From positions 61,118,902 to 61,182,901 of the forward strand of contig NC_091134.1 in the NCBI RefSeq assembly GCF_041381155.1: DNA of 64,000 nucleotides, written 5' to 3'. Under the pieces are notes generated by a model. It saw only the letters and a program-made list of their open reading frames with translations, was not told where the DNA came from and did no database searches. Positions 35,212 through 45,687 of the stretch are shown one piece after another. A program made the translations under genes and the position numbers. Position 1 is the first letter of the stretch. Each line of letters opens with the position of its first letter. This stretch comes from Argopecten irradians. Taxonomy: Eukaryota.

Positions 35212-35560
35212 GTAAGATTTTCATTTAAGATGTACTGTTCATTTTAGGGGTTCATTGTGTTTTTGACAAATTAGAAAATCCATTTGGAGAAATATTGAAG
35301 GCTGGTTATTTTAGGGGTAGATATCTCAAATATAATTTTTTATCAGCTAGTGTAATAACTTGAGTCTTGCTTGTAAACAGTCATCAAGGCATTAAAGTTT
35401 GTAGAGGTCCTGAGTTCAAACCCAGCTGCTACATATATGTTGTCATGTCATCTTTTGAATTAGAAGATAAGGTAAGAGAAAAGAGAAGAGAAGTTATGAA
35501 TTGAAAATTAAAGTTCCCCATTGATATCATTGATCCATATAATTTTTAACTGATTTATAG

Positions 35561-35697
35561 ATTTGAAAGATGTGAAAGATGTCTTGGACCCTATGTCAAA
35601 GGTCAAACCTGGACTGGTGGCTGATGGGAAGGAGGTCAATCCAGTAGAACTAGAGAAACTGGATGTGTTTGCTAAACTAATGGACTTGGTGGCTGAG
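35561..35697 (+). CDS. PARP4: PARP4 exon 13: (N)LKDVKDVLDPMSKVKPGLVADGKEVNPVELEKLDVFAKLMDLVAE. The last 24 nt and the donor seed the downstream 51-bp satellite.
   Basis: Acceptor ttatag|AT and donor GAG|gtatgt. LDVFAKLMDLVAE followed by VKVFQVY (exon 14) aligns to human LEDVHIKGRIIDTVAQ followed by VIVFQTY. Any later satellite copy offers an identical in-frame donor, so the true donor could be a later copy. Confidence 0.65.
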
Positions 35698-36968
35698 GTA
35701 TGTAGTAAACTGAATGTCTTGACTAAACTAATGGACTTGGTGGCCGAGGTATGTAGTAAACTGGATGTGTGTTGACTAAACTAATGGACTTGGTGGCCGA
35801 GGTATGTAGTAAACTGAATGTGTTGACTAAACTAATGGACTTGGTGGCCGAGGTATGTAGTAAACTGGATGTGTTGACTAACTAATGGACTTGGTGGCCG
35901 AGGTATGTAGTTAACTGGATGTGTTGACTAAACTAATGGACTTGGTGGCTGAGGTATGTAGTAAACTGGATGTGTTGACTAAACTAATGGACTTGGTGGC
36001 TGAGGTATGTAGTTAACTGAATGTGTTGACTAAACTAATGGACTTGGTGGCTGAGGTATGTAGTAAACTTTGTTTTGGCTAAACTAATGGACTTGGTGGC
36101 CGAGGTATGTAGTAAACTGAATGTGTTGACTAAACTAATGGACTTGGTGGCCGAGGTATGTAGTAAACTGAATGTGTTGACTAAACTAATGGACTTGGTG
36201 GCTGAGGTATGTAGTAAATTGGATGTGTTGACTAAACTAATGGACTTGGTGGCCGAGGTATGTAGTAAACTGAATGTGTTGGCTAAACTAATGGACTTGG
36301 TGGCCGAGGTATGTAGTAAACTGAATGTGTTGACTAAGCTAATGGACTTGGTGGCTGAGGTATGTAGTAAACTGGATGTGTTGACTAAACTAATGGACTT
36401 GGTGGCCGAGGTATGTAGTAAACTGAATGTGTTGGCTAAACTAATGGACTTGGTGGCTGAGGTATGTAGTAAACTTTGTTTTGGCTAAACTAATGGACTT
36501 TGTGGCTGAGGTATGTAGTAAACTGATTGTTTTGGCTAAACTAATGGACTTAGTGGCAGAGGTACGTAGTAAACTTTGTTTTGGCTAAACTAATGGACTT
36601 GGTGGCTGAGGTATGTAGTAAACTTTGTTTTGGCTAAACTAATGGACTTGGTGGCCGAGGTATGTAGTAAACTTTGTTTTGGCTAAACTAATGGACTTGG
36701 TGGCTGAGGTATGTAGTAAACTGTATGTGTTGGCTAAACTAATGGACTTGGTGGCTGAGGTATGTAGTAAACTGTATGTGTTGGCTAAACTAATGGACTT
36801 GGTGGCAGAGGTATGTAGTAAACTGGATGTGTTGACTAAACTAATGGACTTGGTAGCTGAGGTATGTAGTAAACTGAATGTGTTGACTAAACTAATGGAC
36901 TTGGTGGCTGAGGTATGTAGTAAACTGGATGTGTTGACTAAACTAATGGACTTGGTGGACGAGGTATG
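35674..36968 (+). repeat. 51-bp satellite, ~25 copies (aaactaatggacttggtggcYgaggtatgtagtaaactgRatgtgttgRct). It is derived from the 3' end of PARP4 exon 13 plus its GTATGT donor. The unit is 17 codons and fully open in the exon frame.
   Basis: The first copy is exon 13 itself. The ORF-track proteins are KLMDLVAEVCSKLNVLT reiterated. Each unit carries a GAG|gtatgt donor-like site. Confidence 0.9.
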
Positions 36969-36970
36969 TA

Positions 36971-39842
36971 CAGTACCTGAACCGTTTAACGTTCCCAGCC
37001 TAACGCAAACGCAACGCAAAAAAATAGTTCGTTAGCTAACGCTAACGATTGCTAACGCTAACGATTAACGATTAACGATAAACGATTAACGCAATACCGG
37101 CTAACGATTAACGATTAACGCAAAACGCAAAACGATCGGCTATGATTAACCGGAAATACCGTTGTTATAATCACGGACACGGCTTGACGGTAAATGAATT
37201 ACGGATCTTGATGTTTTGAAATACAAACGAAAGTACAAGAAAAACTGGAGTATGTTCGGGATTAAAGTTTCTGTATATCATATAAACATTTGCCTATGAA
37301 AACTATATGGACACGATGAAGTCAAAGACGACAGTACTCGATGCAAAGTTTCCATGTACAAAAATGAATGACATGTGCAACTGTATGTGTGGAGAAAGAA
37401 TGGTATTATTCTAAAGTGTCATATTTACCCGGTATTTTAAGAAATAACAAATTGTTACAGCATCTCTTTAGTGATAATCACACAATGAAGTCAAACACGA
37501 CTGTACTCGATACGAAGTTTCCACTTCACACGTACGTTTACAAATTACTTGTACAACCGTATGTATTAAGAGAGAATTGTGTTATTCTAAGTGTCATATT
37601 TGTCCGACATTTTAAGAAATAACAAACAAATTGTTACAACAACACTTTATTGATAATATTACCGTCACAATGTCATAACTTTAGTGAAGCGATCAGGCGT
37701 ATACTGGTACATGTACTTTAAATGGAAACATTTTCACACATTTAAAATGCTGTAAATCAAATTTCCATCTATATGTTTGATTTATATTATCGATGTGTCA
37801 TAACTCAACAATGGTAATAATTAACATCTTATAGTGTTTCTCGCATCAATCACAAGTTTCAGGGTTTTTTCCAGATTGTCGAAAGGCTCTTCCGCTTATC
37901 ATGGAAAATTGTATTCTCGGAATATTTGTTTCATAACGGATTACACGCTGTATATAATTAGGGTGTGCATTCATAAAAGCTCATTGCTTACAATTGACTA
38001 GGCATCGATTTTAGGGTCGCACATGTACATTTACAAATACACGTACATACGCCATAGCTAGTGTAATAAAGATTGAACATTTGAATTCGTGTTTCGCCAT
38101 TTGCAGTTCTCTCATTTTATAGTTCATGCATATAATACAGATATAAAGAACGGAAATATTTCACTTCCAGTTATCTATATTCAAATTAAGTCAAATTATG
38201 CATAATCATTGATGACAACAACGATGAAGATAGTGATGCACATGCATACATGTATGTACACTGAAGATAACTGTAAAATTGCATTGCGACAATTTTCTAC
38301 GTATATTTGTAACTGGCGTAAGAAATATAGTTATTTGATCACATTTCACACCAAGCAACTCTTCAATTTACAGTTTAAACAAATTAAATATTCATACAAT
38401 GTATAAGTGTAAGCTAATTCATTCCAACGTAATCTATAGGAAAGCATATTGCCCACATCAAAACTTTGAAATACGACAGTATATATATGTCCGTGAAATG
38501 TACTGTCACAGTGTATATTTTTGTACGGGGCACAGGTAAGTTGGGTATAAAGTTAATCTCCCTCCCAAGAAGGGAAAGTGTTAATTACAGGTGAACTCCG
38601 CCCGTGGCCAGCTACAGGGGGTCGACACAAGGTAACACCAGTCGTGACCTATATACCTGTACAGGTAAAATACCCGTGCGCGTCACGCTGGGAATTGAAA
38701 AGATTCCAGGTACAAATAACAACGAACACATGTGAGAAGGTGCCCGTGACTGTCCAGTTTTTATTGATATGAGCTTAAAGGTATACCCGTGCCTGATTTG
38801 ACACGCGTACAGTACGTGTGAAGGCTTTAATACAATGTAACGTACCCCTGCACAGTTCGAATTCTCTACACGTGTTAACATGTAGTTGTAGGTATACTCG
38901 TACATTACAAACATTTACATCATTTTATTCCATTTTCATATATATATGTAGATACAAGTACTAATTAATTGCGTTTAAAAATATGTACATGTAAATGCCA
39001 AATCTCACCTATTCCCCGTGTTCAAACTCGTCATGATTTTTAAATTTCACGAATTTATTTACAAATCTCCCGAGTCTTTTTTAGCGTTCTTCATACATTG
39101 ATGAAATTTAACATAACAAGAAGAATATGATGCAGCGTGTCTGTAATAACATTTTTATATTTTTTATTATCTGTTTTAGCTATATTCTTGTGTAATCTTT
39201 CAGCTGTCGTGGATTCTTTCTAAAATAATGCTTTTGACATTAATATTCTGTAAGACAGTTTCGTTAATATTTGAATTGCTTTCGCAGAAATCATAGTAAC
39301 TACAAACATATATATGATATATGTTTCTGATAATAATAATAAGAAGTTTTGAAATGTCATTTAAATACGAGTATTTCAGAACGTTTTCACGGATACATAT
39401 GTAGGAGCGTACGTCATGTATATGCGATCTTGTTACTGTACATATTTTTATTTCAACCACATCTAACAAACATATATACATCCAAAAGAGATATAAAATG
39501 CAATACAATACACTTTATTCATATTATTTTTTTTTCATAGATGTTATGATAATCGCTTCTTCACGAAGCGGTAAACGTAATATCATATCCGGATCGTCAA
39601 AGCATCTCACCGGCATTTGGTTCTATTTTTAGTGGCTAACGTTAGCGGAAGTGGGTCCTGCTAACGATTAACGCAAACGATTTCAAACGCAAACGATTGT
39701 AAACGCAACTAACGATTAACGATTGCTAACGCAAACGATAACGATTAACGATAAACGATTGCTAACGCTAACGATTGCTAACGGAAATAACGCAAACGCA
39801 AACGAAACGCAAATTTGGGAACGTTAAACGGTTCAGGTACTG
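36971..39842. mobile_element. Tc1/mariner-like non-autonomous DNA transposon (2872 bp) inserted into the 51-bp satellite. It has 27-bp perfect TIRs CAGTACCTGAACCGTTTAACGTTCCCA, a TA target site duplication and subterminal (TAACG)n-like direct repeats at both ends.
   Basis: The satellite unit gaggtatgTAgtaaactg is split as gaggtatgTA[element]TAgtaaactg. The TA is at 36969-36970 and 39843-39844. No intact transposase ORF. An internal ~150-bp x2 direct repeat lies at 37316-37640. Confidence 0.7.
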
Positions 39843-40370
39843 TAGTAAACTGTATGTGTTGGCTAAACTAATGGACTTGGTGGCCGAGGTATGTAGTAAA
39901 CTGTATGTGTTGGCTAAACTAATGGACTTGGTGGAAGAGGTATGTAGTAAACTGAATGTGTTGACTAAACTAATGGACTTGGTGGCTGAGGTATGTAGTA
40001 AACTTTGTTTTGGCTAAACTAATGGACTTGGTGGCAGAGGTATGTAGTAAACTGGATGTGTTGACTAAACTAATGGACTTGGTGGCTGAGGTATGTAGTA
40101 AACTTTGTTTTGGCTAAACTAATGGACTTAGTGGCCGAGGTATGTAGTAAACTTTGTTTTGGCTAAACTAATGGACTTAGTGGCCGAGGTATGTAGTAAA
40201 CTTTGTTTTGGCTAAACTAATGGACTTGGTGGCTGAGGTATGTAGTAAACTTTGTTTTGGCTAAACTAATGGACTTGGTGTCTGAGGTATGTAGTAGGCT
40301 AAAATGTATTTGTTGACTAAACTAAGGACTTGATGGCCGAGGTACATAGTAAACTGGATGTGTTGGCAGA
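39843..40370 (+). repeat. Continuation of the 51-bp exon-derived satellite (~10 copies, degenerating at the 3' edge).
   Basis: Same unit and phase as 35674-36968, resuming exactly at the interrupted position. Confidence 0.9.
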
Positions 40371-40718
40371 AATCAATTGTCATGTTTTATTCACAATCAT
40401 TGGAATTTTACTTTTCATTGACATTAACTTTATATTGTCATTTACTGTAAATTTAACTTTTGATTTAATTAAGTGTGTCTATTTGCATATTTTTAAGTTT
40501 TTAGATTTTGAATATTTCTCAAATGTAATATATTAATCATGATAAAAGTACTTGTAAGTATAACATTGATGTAAAATAAAAATAGGTGATGATTTTGAAA
40601 GTTTAGTCTACTCGACATGAAGAAACTTTTGTTTTAATTAGGTTTAGATTACCATTATTTTTTAATGTTATCTATAATTGCTGAATTTCATTATTACTGT
40701 AAAAAACTTTCTTTTCAG

Positions 40719-40943
40719 GTGAAGGTATTTCAAGTTTACAAAAACAACAGTGCTGAAATGTTAGAAGGGAAGTATGTGTTCCCACTTGACGAGATGGCGG
40801 CTGTGTGTGGATTTGAGGCCTACATCAATGACAAGCATGTGGTTGGAGAAGTGAAGGAGAAAGAGACGGCGCACAAGGAGTACAAAAAGGCCATCAGTGA
40901 AGGTCATGGTGCCTACCTCATGGACCAGGACGAGGAGTCTCCG
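40719..40943 (+). CDS. PARP4: PARP4 exon 14 (VIT domain): VKVFQVYKNNSAEMLEGKYVFPLDEMAAVCGFEAYINDKHVVGEVKEKETAHKEYKKAISEGHGAYLMDQDEESP.
   Basis: Acceptor cttttcag|GTG and donor CCG|gtaggt. It is near-identical to human VIVFQTYTNKSHVPIEAKYIFPLDDKAAVCGFEAFINGKHIVGEIKEKEEAQQEYLEAVTQGHGAYLMSQDAP. Confidence 0.9.
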
Positions 40944-41019
40944 GTAGGTCCGGGGCTGGGAGTGTCTTTGTCTGTAATTATGGCTTCCATTCCATGGCTG
41001 ATAGGGAGGCCTATCTTAA

Positions 41020-42050
41020 AGTTTTTACATCAGCGTTATATCTGGTTGTAATCTGTATTTTACATCAGTGTTGTATCTGGTTGTAATCTGTATTTTACAT
41101 CAGCATTATATCTGGATGTAATCTGTATTTTACATCAGCGTTGTATCTGGTTGTAATCTTTATTTTACATCAGCATTATATCTGGATGTAATCTGTATTT
41201 TACATCAGCATTATATCTGGATAATGTAATTTGTATTTTACATCAGCGTTGTATCTGGTTGTAATCTGTATTTTACATCAGCATTATATCTGGATGTAAT
41301 CTGTATTTTACATCACTATTATATCTGGTTGTAATCTGTATTTTACATCAGCGTTGTATCTGGTTTTAATCTGTATTTTACATCAGCATTATATCTGGAT
41401 GTAATCTGTATTTTACATCAGCGTTGTATCTGGTTGTAATCTGTATTTTACATCAGCGTTGTATCTGGTTGTAATCTGTATTTTACATCAGCGTTGTATC
41501 TGGTTGTAATCTGTATTTTACATCAGCGTTGTACCTGGTTGTAATCTGTATTTTACATCAGCGTTGTATCTGGTTGTAATCTGTATTTTACATCACCGTT
41601 ATATATCTGGTTGTAATCTGTATTTTACATCAGCGTTGTATCTGGTTGTAATCTGTATTTTACATCACTGTTATATCTGGTTGTAATCTGTATTTTACAT
41701 CAGTGTTGTATCTGGTTGTAATCTGTATTTTACATCAGCGTTGTATCTGGTTGTAATCTGTATTTTACATCAGCGTTATATCTGGTTGTAATCTATATTT
41801 TACATCACTGTTATATCTGGTTATATCTGGTTGTAATCTGTATTTTACATCAGCGTTGTATCTGGTTGTAATCTGTATTTTACATCAGCGTTGTATCTGG
41901 TTGTAATCTGTATTTTACATCAGCGTTATATCTGGTTGTAATCTGTATTTTACATCAGCGTTGTATCTGGTTGTAATCTGTATTTTACATCACCGTTGTA
42001 TCTGGTTGTAATCTGTATTTTACATTAGCATTGTATCTGATTATAATCAG
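41020..42050 (+). repeat. 35-bp satellite (gtaatctgtattttacatcagcgttgtatctggtt), ~29 copies. It starts ~80 bp after the PARP4 exon 14 donor.
   Basis: Direct tandem repeat with R/Y point variants. Confidence 0.9.
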
Positions 42051-42665
42051 TATAACTCAAAACCTTATAATGATACTACACCTAATTTGATGTTTTAGTT
42101 TCTTTGAATTATCTTCAGTTTTAATGTAAACTTTACCACCAAAACTTCTTTCTCAATATTGCTTTTCAAGTCCAAAGTTTAAAGGTCAAGGTCACTGTTA
42201 CTAAAATAGAAAATCATGTTCTGTTTATTAACTGATTGGCAAGTTATTATATTTTTTTGTGGAATTCTTGTCCTTATACTATCTGTCTATACTGATGAAT
42301 GGTTCAATAGTTTCACTCTGAATTGAATTAATAATTTTTAAGTGCAACTAGCGCAGACACAGAAGTATTTTAGACATGAAAATCACTGTGGTATAATAAA
42401 TAATGGAATTTATCATATGCACATACATACAGTATCCATATTTGCAATATTCTTATTGATATTTTAGCGTGAGAATTCATGGATATATGTATTCAGCATC
42501 ATTTTTCAATAGCTAGCTTTTAACACTTTGTGGTGAAGCTACCTTGAGTTAGGCCATCTTTAGATGAGTGATTGCTCTATTGTGTATCATGGCCTTTGTA
42601 CATGACAGATAGGGAATCTCATCCGATTAATTTGTTTAACCTGAACTTTGTATGTTTGTGAACAG

Positions 42666-42818
42666 GATGTGTTTACAGTCACAGTGGGAAATGTCCCTGC
42701 CTATGCAACCGTTGTCATCAAAATCACCTATGTCACAGAATTACAAGTTGAAGGTGACCTTGTGAGCTTCCGTCTGCCAGGCACTTTAGCTCCATGGAAA
42801 CAAAACATTAAGGACTAT
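42666..42818 (+). CDS. PARP4: PARP4 exon 15 (VIT domain): DVFTVTVGNVPAYATVVIKITYVTELQVEGDLVSFRLPGTLAPWKQNIKDY. The donor is uncertain.
   Basis: Acceptor gtgaacag|GAT. It matches human DVFTVSVGNLPPKAKVLIKITYITELSILG...ATVAPWQQ. The only usable donor is TAT|gtaata, which is weak. The ORF runs on to a stop at ~42863 if unspliced. Confidence 0.7.
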
Positions 42819-43255
42819 GTAATAATTTATTATACTCAAACATGCAATTTAACAACAAATTAAACCCTCAAAGGAGAAAATCTTTCATTAAATATAATCT
42901 TAATTAAAAAATTGAAATAGATTTTTTGGAGCAAATTATGTTAATGTCTAACACATGTGGCCTTTTTTCATGAGACTTCATTGATTTGATTTGGACAGGT
43001 GCTTTTAGTATGTTTTACTTCAATATCTTGATCACCAGTCTCTGTAGATGTAGGTGTAACTCTCAGACTAGATCTTGGACCTTATAGGTAAACTAAGTTG
43101 AGCATGTTGAAGGATAGATATCAGCTCTCTCAGATTCTGGATGTGTATTTTTGATTTTGATACATTCTTCTTCATTTATGGATCTTAAATACTTGAATCA
43201 CATCATTTTAGCATGAAATGTAATTTATGAGATTGAGCTGTGTTTTCATTTGTAG

Positions 43256-43342
43256 GATATTGAATGTGTTATTGCTGTTGCTGTGGACATGCCCTTCGAC
43301 CTTAGAAATATCCAATGCCCCACTCACAAAATTGTGATAATG
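43256..43342 (+). CDS. PARP4: PARP4 exon 16: DIECVIAVAVDMPFDLRNIQCPTHKIVIM.
   Basis: Acceptor tttgtag|GAT and donor ATG|gtatgt. It aligns to human TMSIEMPYVIEFIFSDTHEL. Confidence 0.65.
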
Positions 43343-44002
43343 GTATGTATTGATTCCCTTTCTTTTCTTCTAATCATTCAATTATTTGCATAGAATAACT
43401 TGTAAATTTTTGTTCCAATTAAACTATACAAGACATTGTGTGAAACATGTACCCAGTGCAGCAGATGAGTGTGAATTTCCTGATATTGAAAGAAATTTAA
43501 ACTTATATTGCATTAATTTAAATAATTCACTTATTGAAAATTGCAATATGCTGTAAGTGAAAAAGAAATACAAACTAATTGTCTTAAAGAAGTCAAATTG
43601 TGATTTCAGTATCAAGTTCATGCAAAGGTGAGGTAATGTTGCTTAAAGATTTAGGTCAATATTGATAAATTTTAACTGCTGATCAAAAAATCGTAAAACA
43701 GAACAGTAACGCCAAAGTCAACCGACTGAAGATCATCACTATGGTAACAGGCCACAAGTCTGTTGCATGTGGGACCATTTCGTTTTTAGCATGTAGCTCC
43801 ATTGTAGCTTATAGCATATCCCCTAGTTTTGAAAATCACGTTGTGAACAGGATATCTCAAGTTATACACCATTAACAGCTATGAAATTTGGCAGAGACAT
43901 GTAGTTATAGATAAGGACGGAACTGATAAAACTTGGCGACAAACAGACATAAACTGTATTTTTGAGGAATTAAATAATATTTCATTCCTTCTTTGTCTAT
44001 AG

Positions 44003-44913
44003 TAATATTTGGGAAATAGAGGTAAATCCTATAAATCCCTACTTGTCCTTGAGTTCTGTATGGATTGTAACCAAATTTGGCCACAAACATCCATGGGGGG
44101 AAAGGGAACAGAACTTGAATAAATTTTGGCTCTGATCCCCCGGGGGCAGGAGGGGCAGGACCCAATAGGGGAAATAGAGGTAAATCCTTTAAATTGCTAC
44201 TTGTCAAAGAATTCTACATGGATTGTAACTGAATTTGGCCAGAAACATCCTTGAGGAAAGGGGAATAGAGTTTGTATAAATTTTGGCTCTGACCCCACAG
44301 GGGGCATGAGGGGCAGGGCCCAATTGTGGACATAGAGGTAAATCCTTTAAATTGCTACTTGTCATATAGTTCTACATGGATTGTAACCGAATTTGGCCAG
44401 AAACATCTTTGAGGAAAGGGGAATAGAGTTTGTATAAGTTTTGGCTCTGAACCACCAGGGGGCATGAGGGGCAGGGCCCAATTGGGGACATAGAGGTAAA
44501 TCCTTTAGATTATTACTTGTCATAGAGTTCTGCATGGATTGTAACCAAATTTGGCCAGAAGCATCCTTTGGGTAAGGGGGTTAGAGCTTGTATAAATTTT
44601 GGCTCTGACCCCGGGGGCAGGAAGGGCGGGGCCCAATAGAGGAAATAGAAGTTGGTTCTTTAAATCGCAACTAGTCATAGAGTTCTGCATGGATTGTTAC
44701 CAAATTTGACCAGAAACATCTTTGGGGGAAGGGGATTAGAGTTTGTATAAATTTTGGCTCTGATCCCTTTGGGGGAAGGATGTGTGGGGCTTGATAGGGA
44801 AAATAGAGGTAAATATTTAAATTCCTTTAGAAAAGAAACAATGAATCTGTATTAAGAACATAACTTGGCATTACAAACCAGATGAGTGATACAGGCCCTC
44901 TGGGTCTCTTGTT
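44003..44913 (+). mobile_element. Helentron-like element copy 5 (5'-truncated, no head): ~5 monomers of satellite family A plus the conserved tail ...GGCCCTCTGGGTCTCTTGTT, in PARP4 intron 16.
   Basis: Monomers and tail are homologous to 2429-3310 and 26041-28019. Confidence 0.5.
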
Positions 44914-44968
44914 AATTTTGTTAATATTCACTAATTTTCTGGAATTAAAATTATGTTATGTTTTTCAG

Positions 44969-45010
44969 GATTTTGATGCTGGCAGACCAAGAAAAGTAAA
45001 AAATAGAAAG
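44969..45010 (+). CDS. PARP4: PARP4 exon 17 (micro-exon): DFDAGRPRKVKNRK.
   Basis: Acceptor tttttcag|GAT and donor AAG|gtttgt. The phase is 0/0 and bridges exons 16 and 18. Homology is weak (human KQKRTD region). Confidence 0.5.
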
Positions 45011-45159
45011 GTTTGTCATCTTCAACTACATGTATTACAATTGATAAACTGGAGCTATAATTACATTTAAATATAATTTTTATCAAAACCTGTTTTGAAT
45101 AACATTTCTTTATAATATGGAAGCTTTATTATGATAATCTTAATATTTGGAAAGTTCTT

Positions 45160-45350
45160 ATTAGTATTTGCTAGTAGAAAATTAATGCCAATTAGTATTT
45201 ACAAGTAGAAAATTAATGCCAATTAGTATTTACAAGTAGAAAATTAATGCCAATTAGTATTTACAAGTAGAAAATTAATGCCAATTAGTATTTACAAGTA
45301 GAAAATTAATGCCAATTAGTATTTACAAGTAGAAAATTAATGCCAAAAAG
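45160..45350. repeat. 31-bp minisatellite (tagaaaattaatgccaattagtatttacaag), ~6 copies.
   Basis: Direct tandem repeat. Confidence 0.9.
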
Positions 45351-45500
45351 GATAAACAACAAACTGCCTTCTTTTTCTTTGCTTTTGAAAATAGTGCACT
45401 GCACTTTCACAACAATTTAATCCCTAAGAATTTGATGGAATGGAGGCCAAATAGGCACAAACTAAACCTAGTGATCTCACTACATTTGGTTTTATTCCAG

Positions 45501-45638
45501 CCAAAAGGGTGTAAAGCTCTTGTGTTGACTGATGAAGAAGCCACCATGGCTGAAGGATTTCATCTCCTGTTTGAGTTAGCAGAGGTGCACATACCACGAA
45601 TGTGGATTGAACAGAGTGAGGAGGATCCGTCCAATCAG
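45501..45638 (+). CDS. PARP4: PARP4 exon 18: PKGCKALVLTDEEATMAEGFHLLFELAEVHIPRMWIEQSEEDPSNQ. The gene continues beyond the window.
   Basis: Acceptor ttattccag|CCA and donor CAG|gtgaga. IPRMWIEQ matches human LPRMWVEKHPEKESE. Confidence 0.75.
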
Positions 45639-45687
45639 GTGAGAGACGTATACAGCAATATTCTGTATGATGGTAATTGTATATTAC

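Noticed and set aside
36075-37035. 137-aa and 118-aa ORFs KLMDLVAEVCSKLNVLT... on + and 126 aa on -, suggesting a repeat-protein gene.
   Set aside because: Not a stand-alone gene. They are the exon-13-derived 51-bp satellite. It matters only as potential in-frame donor copies (see findings).
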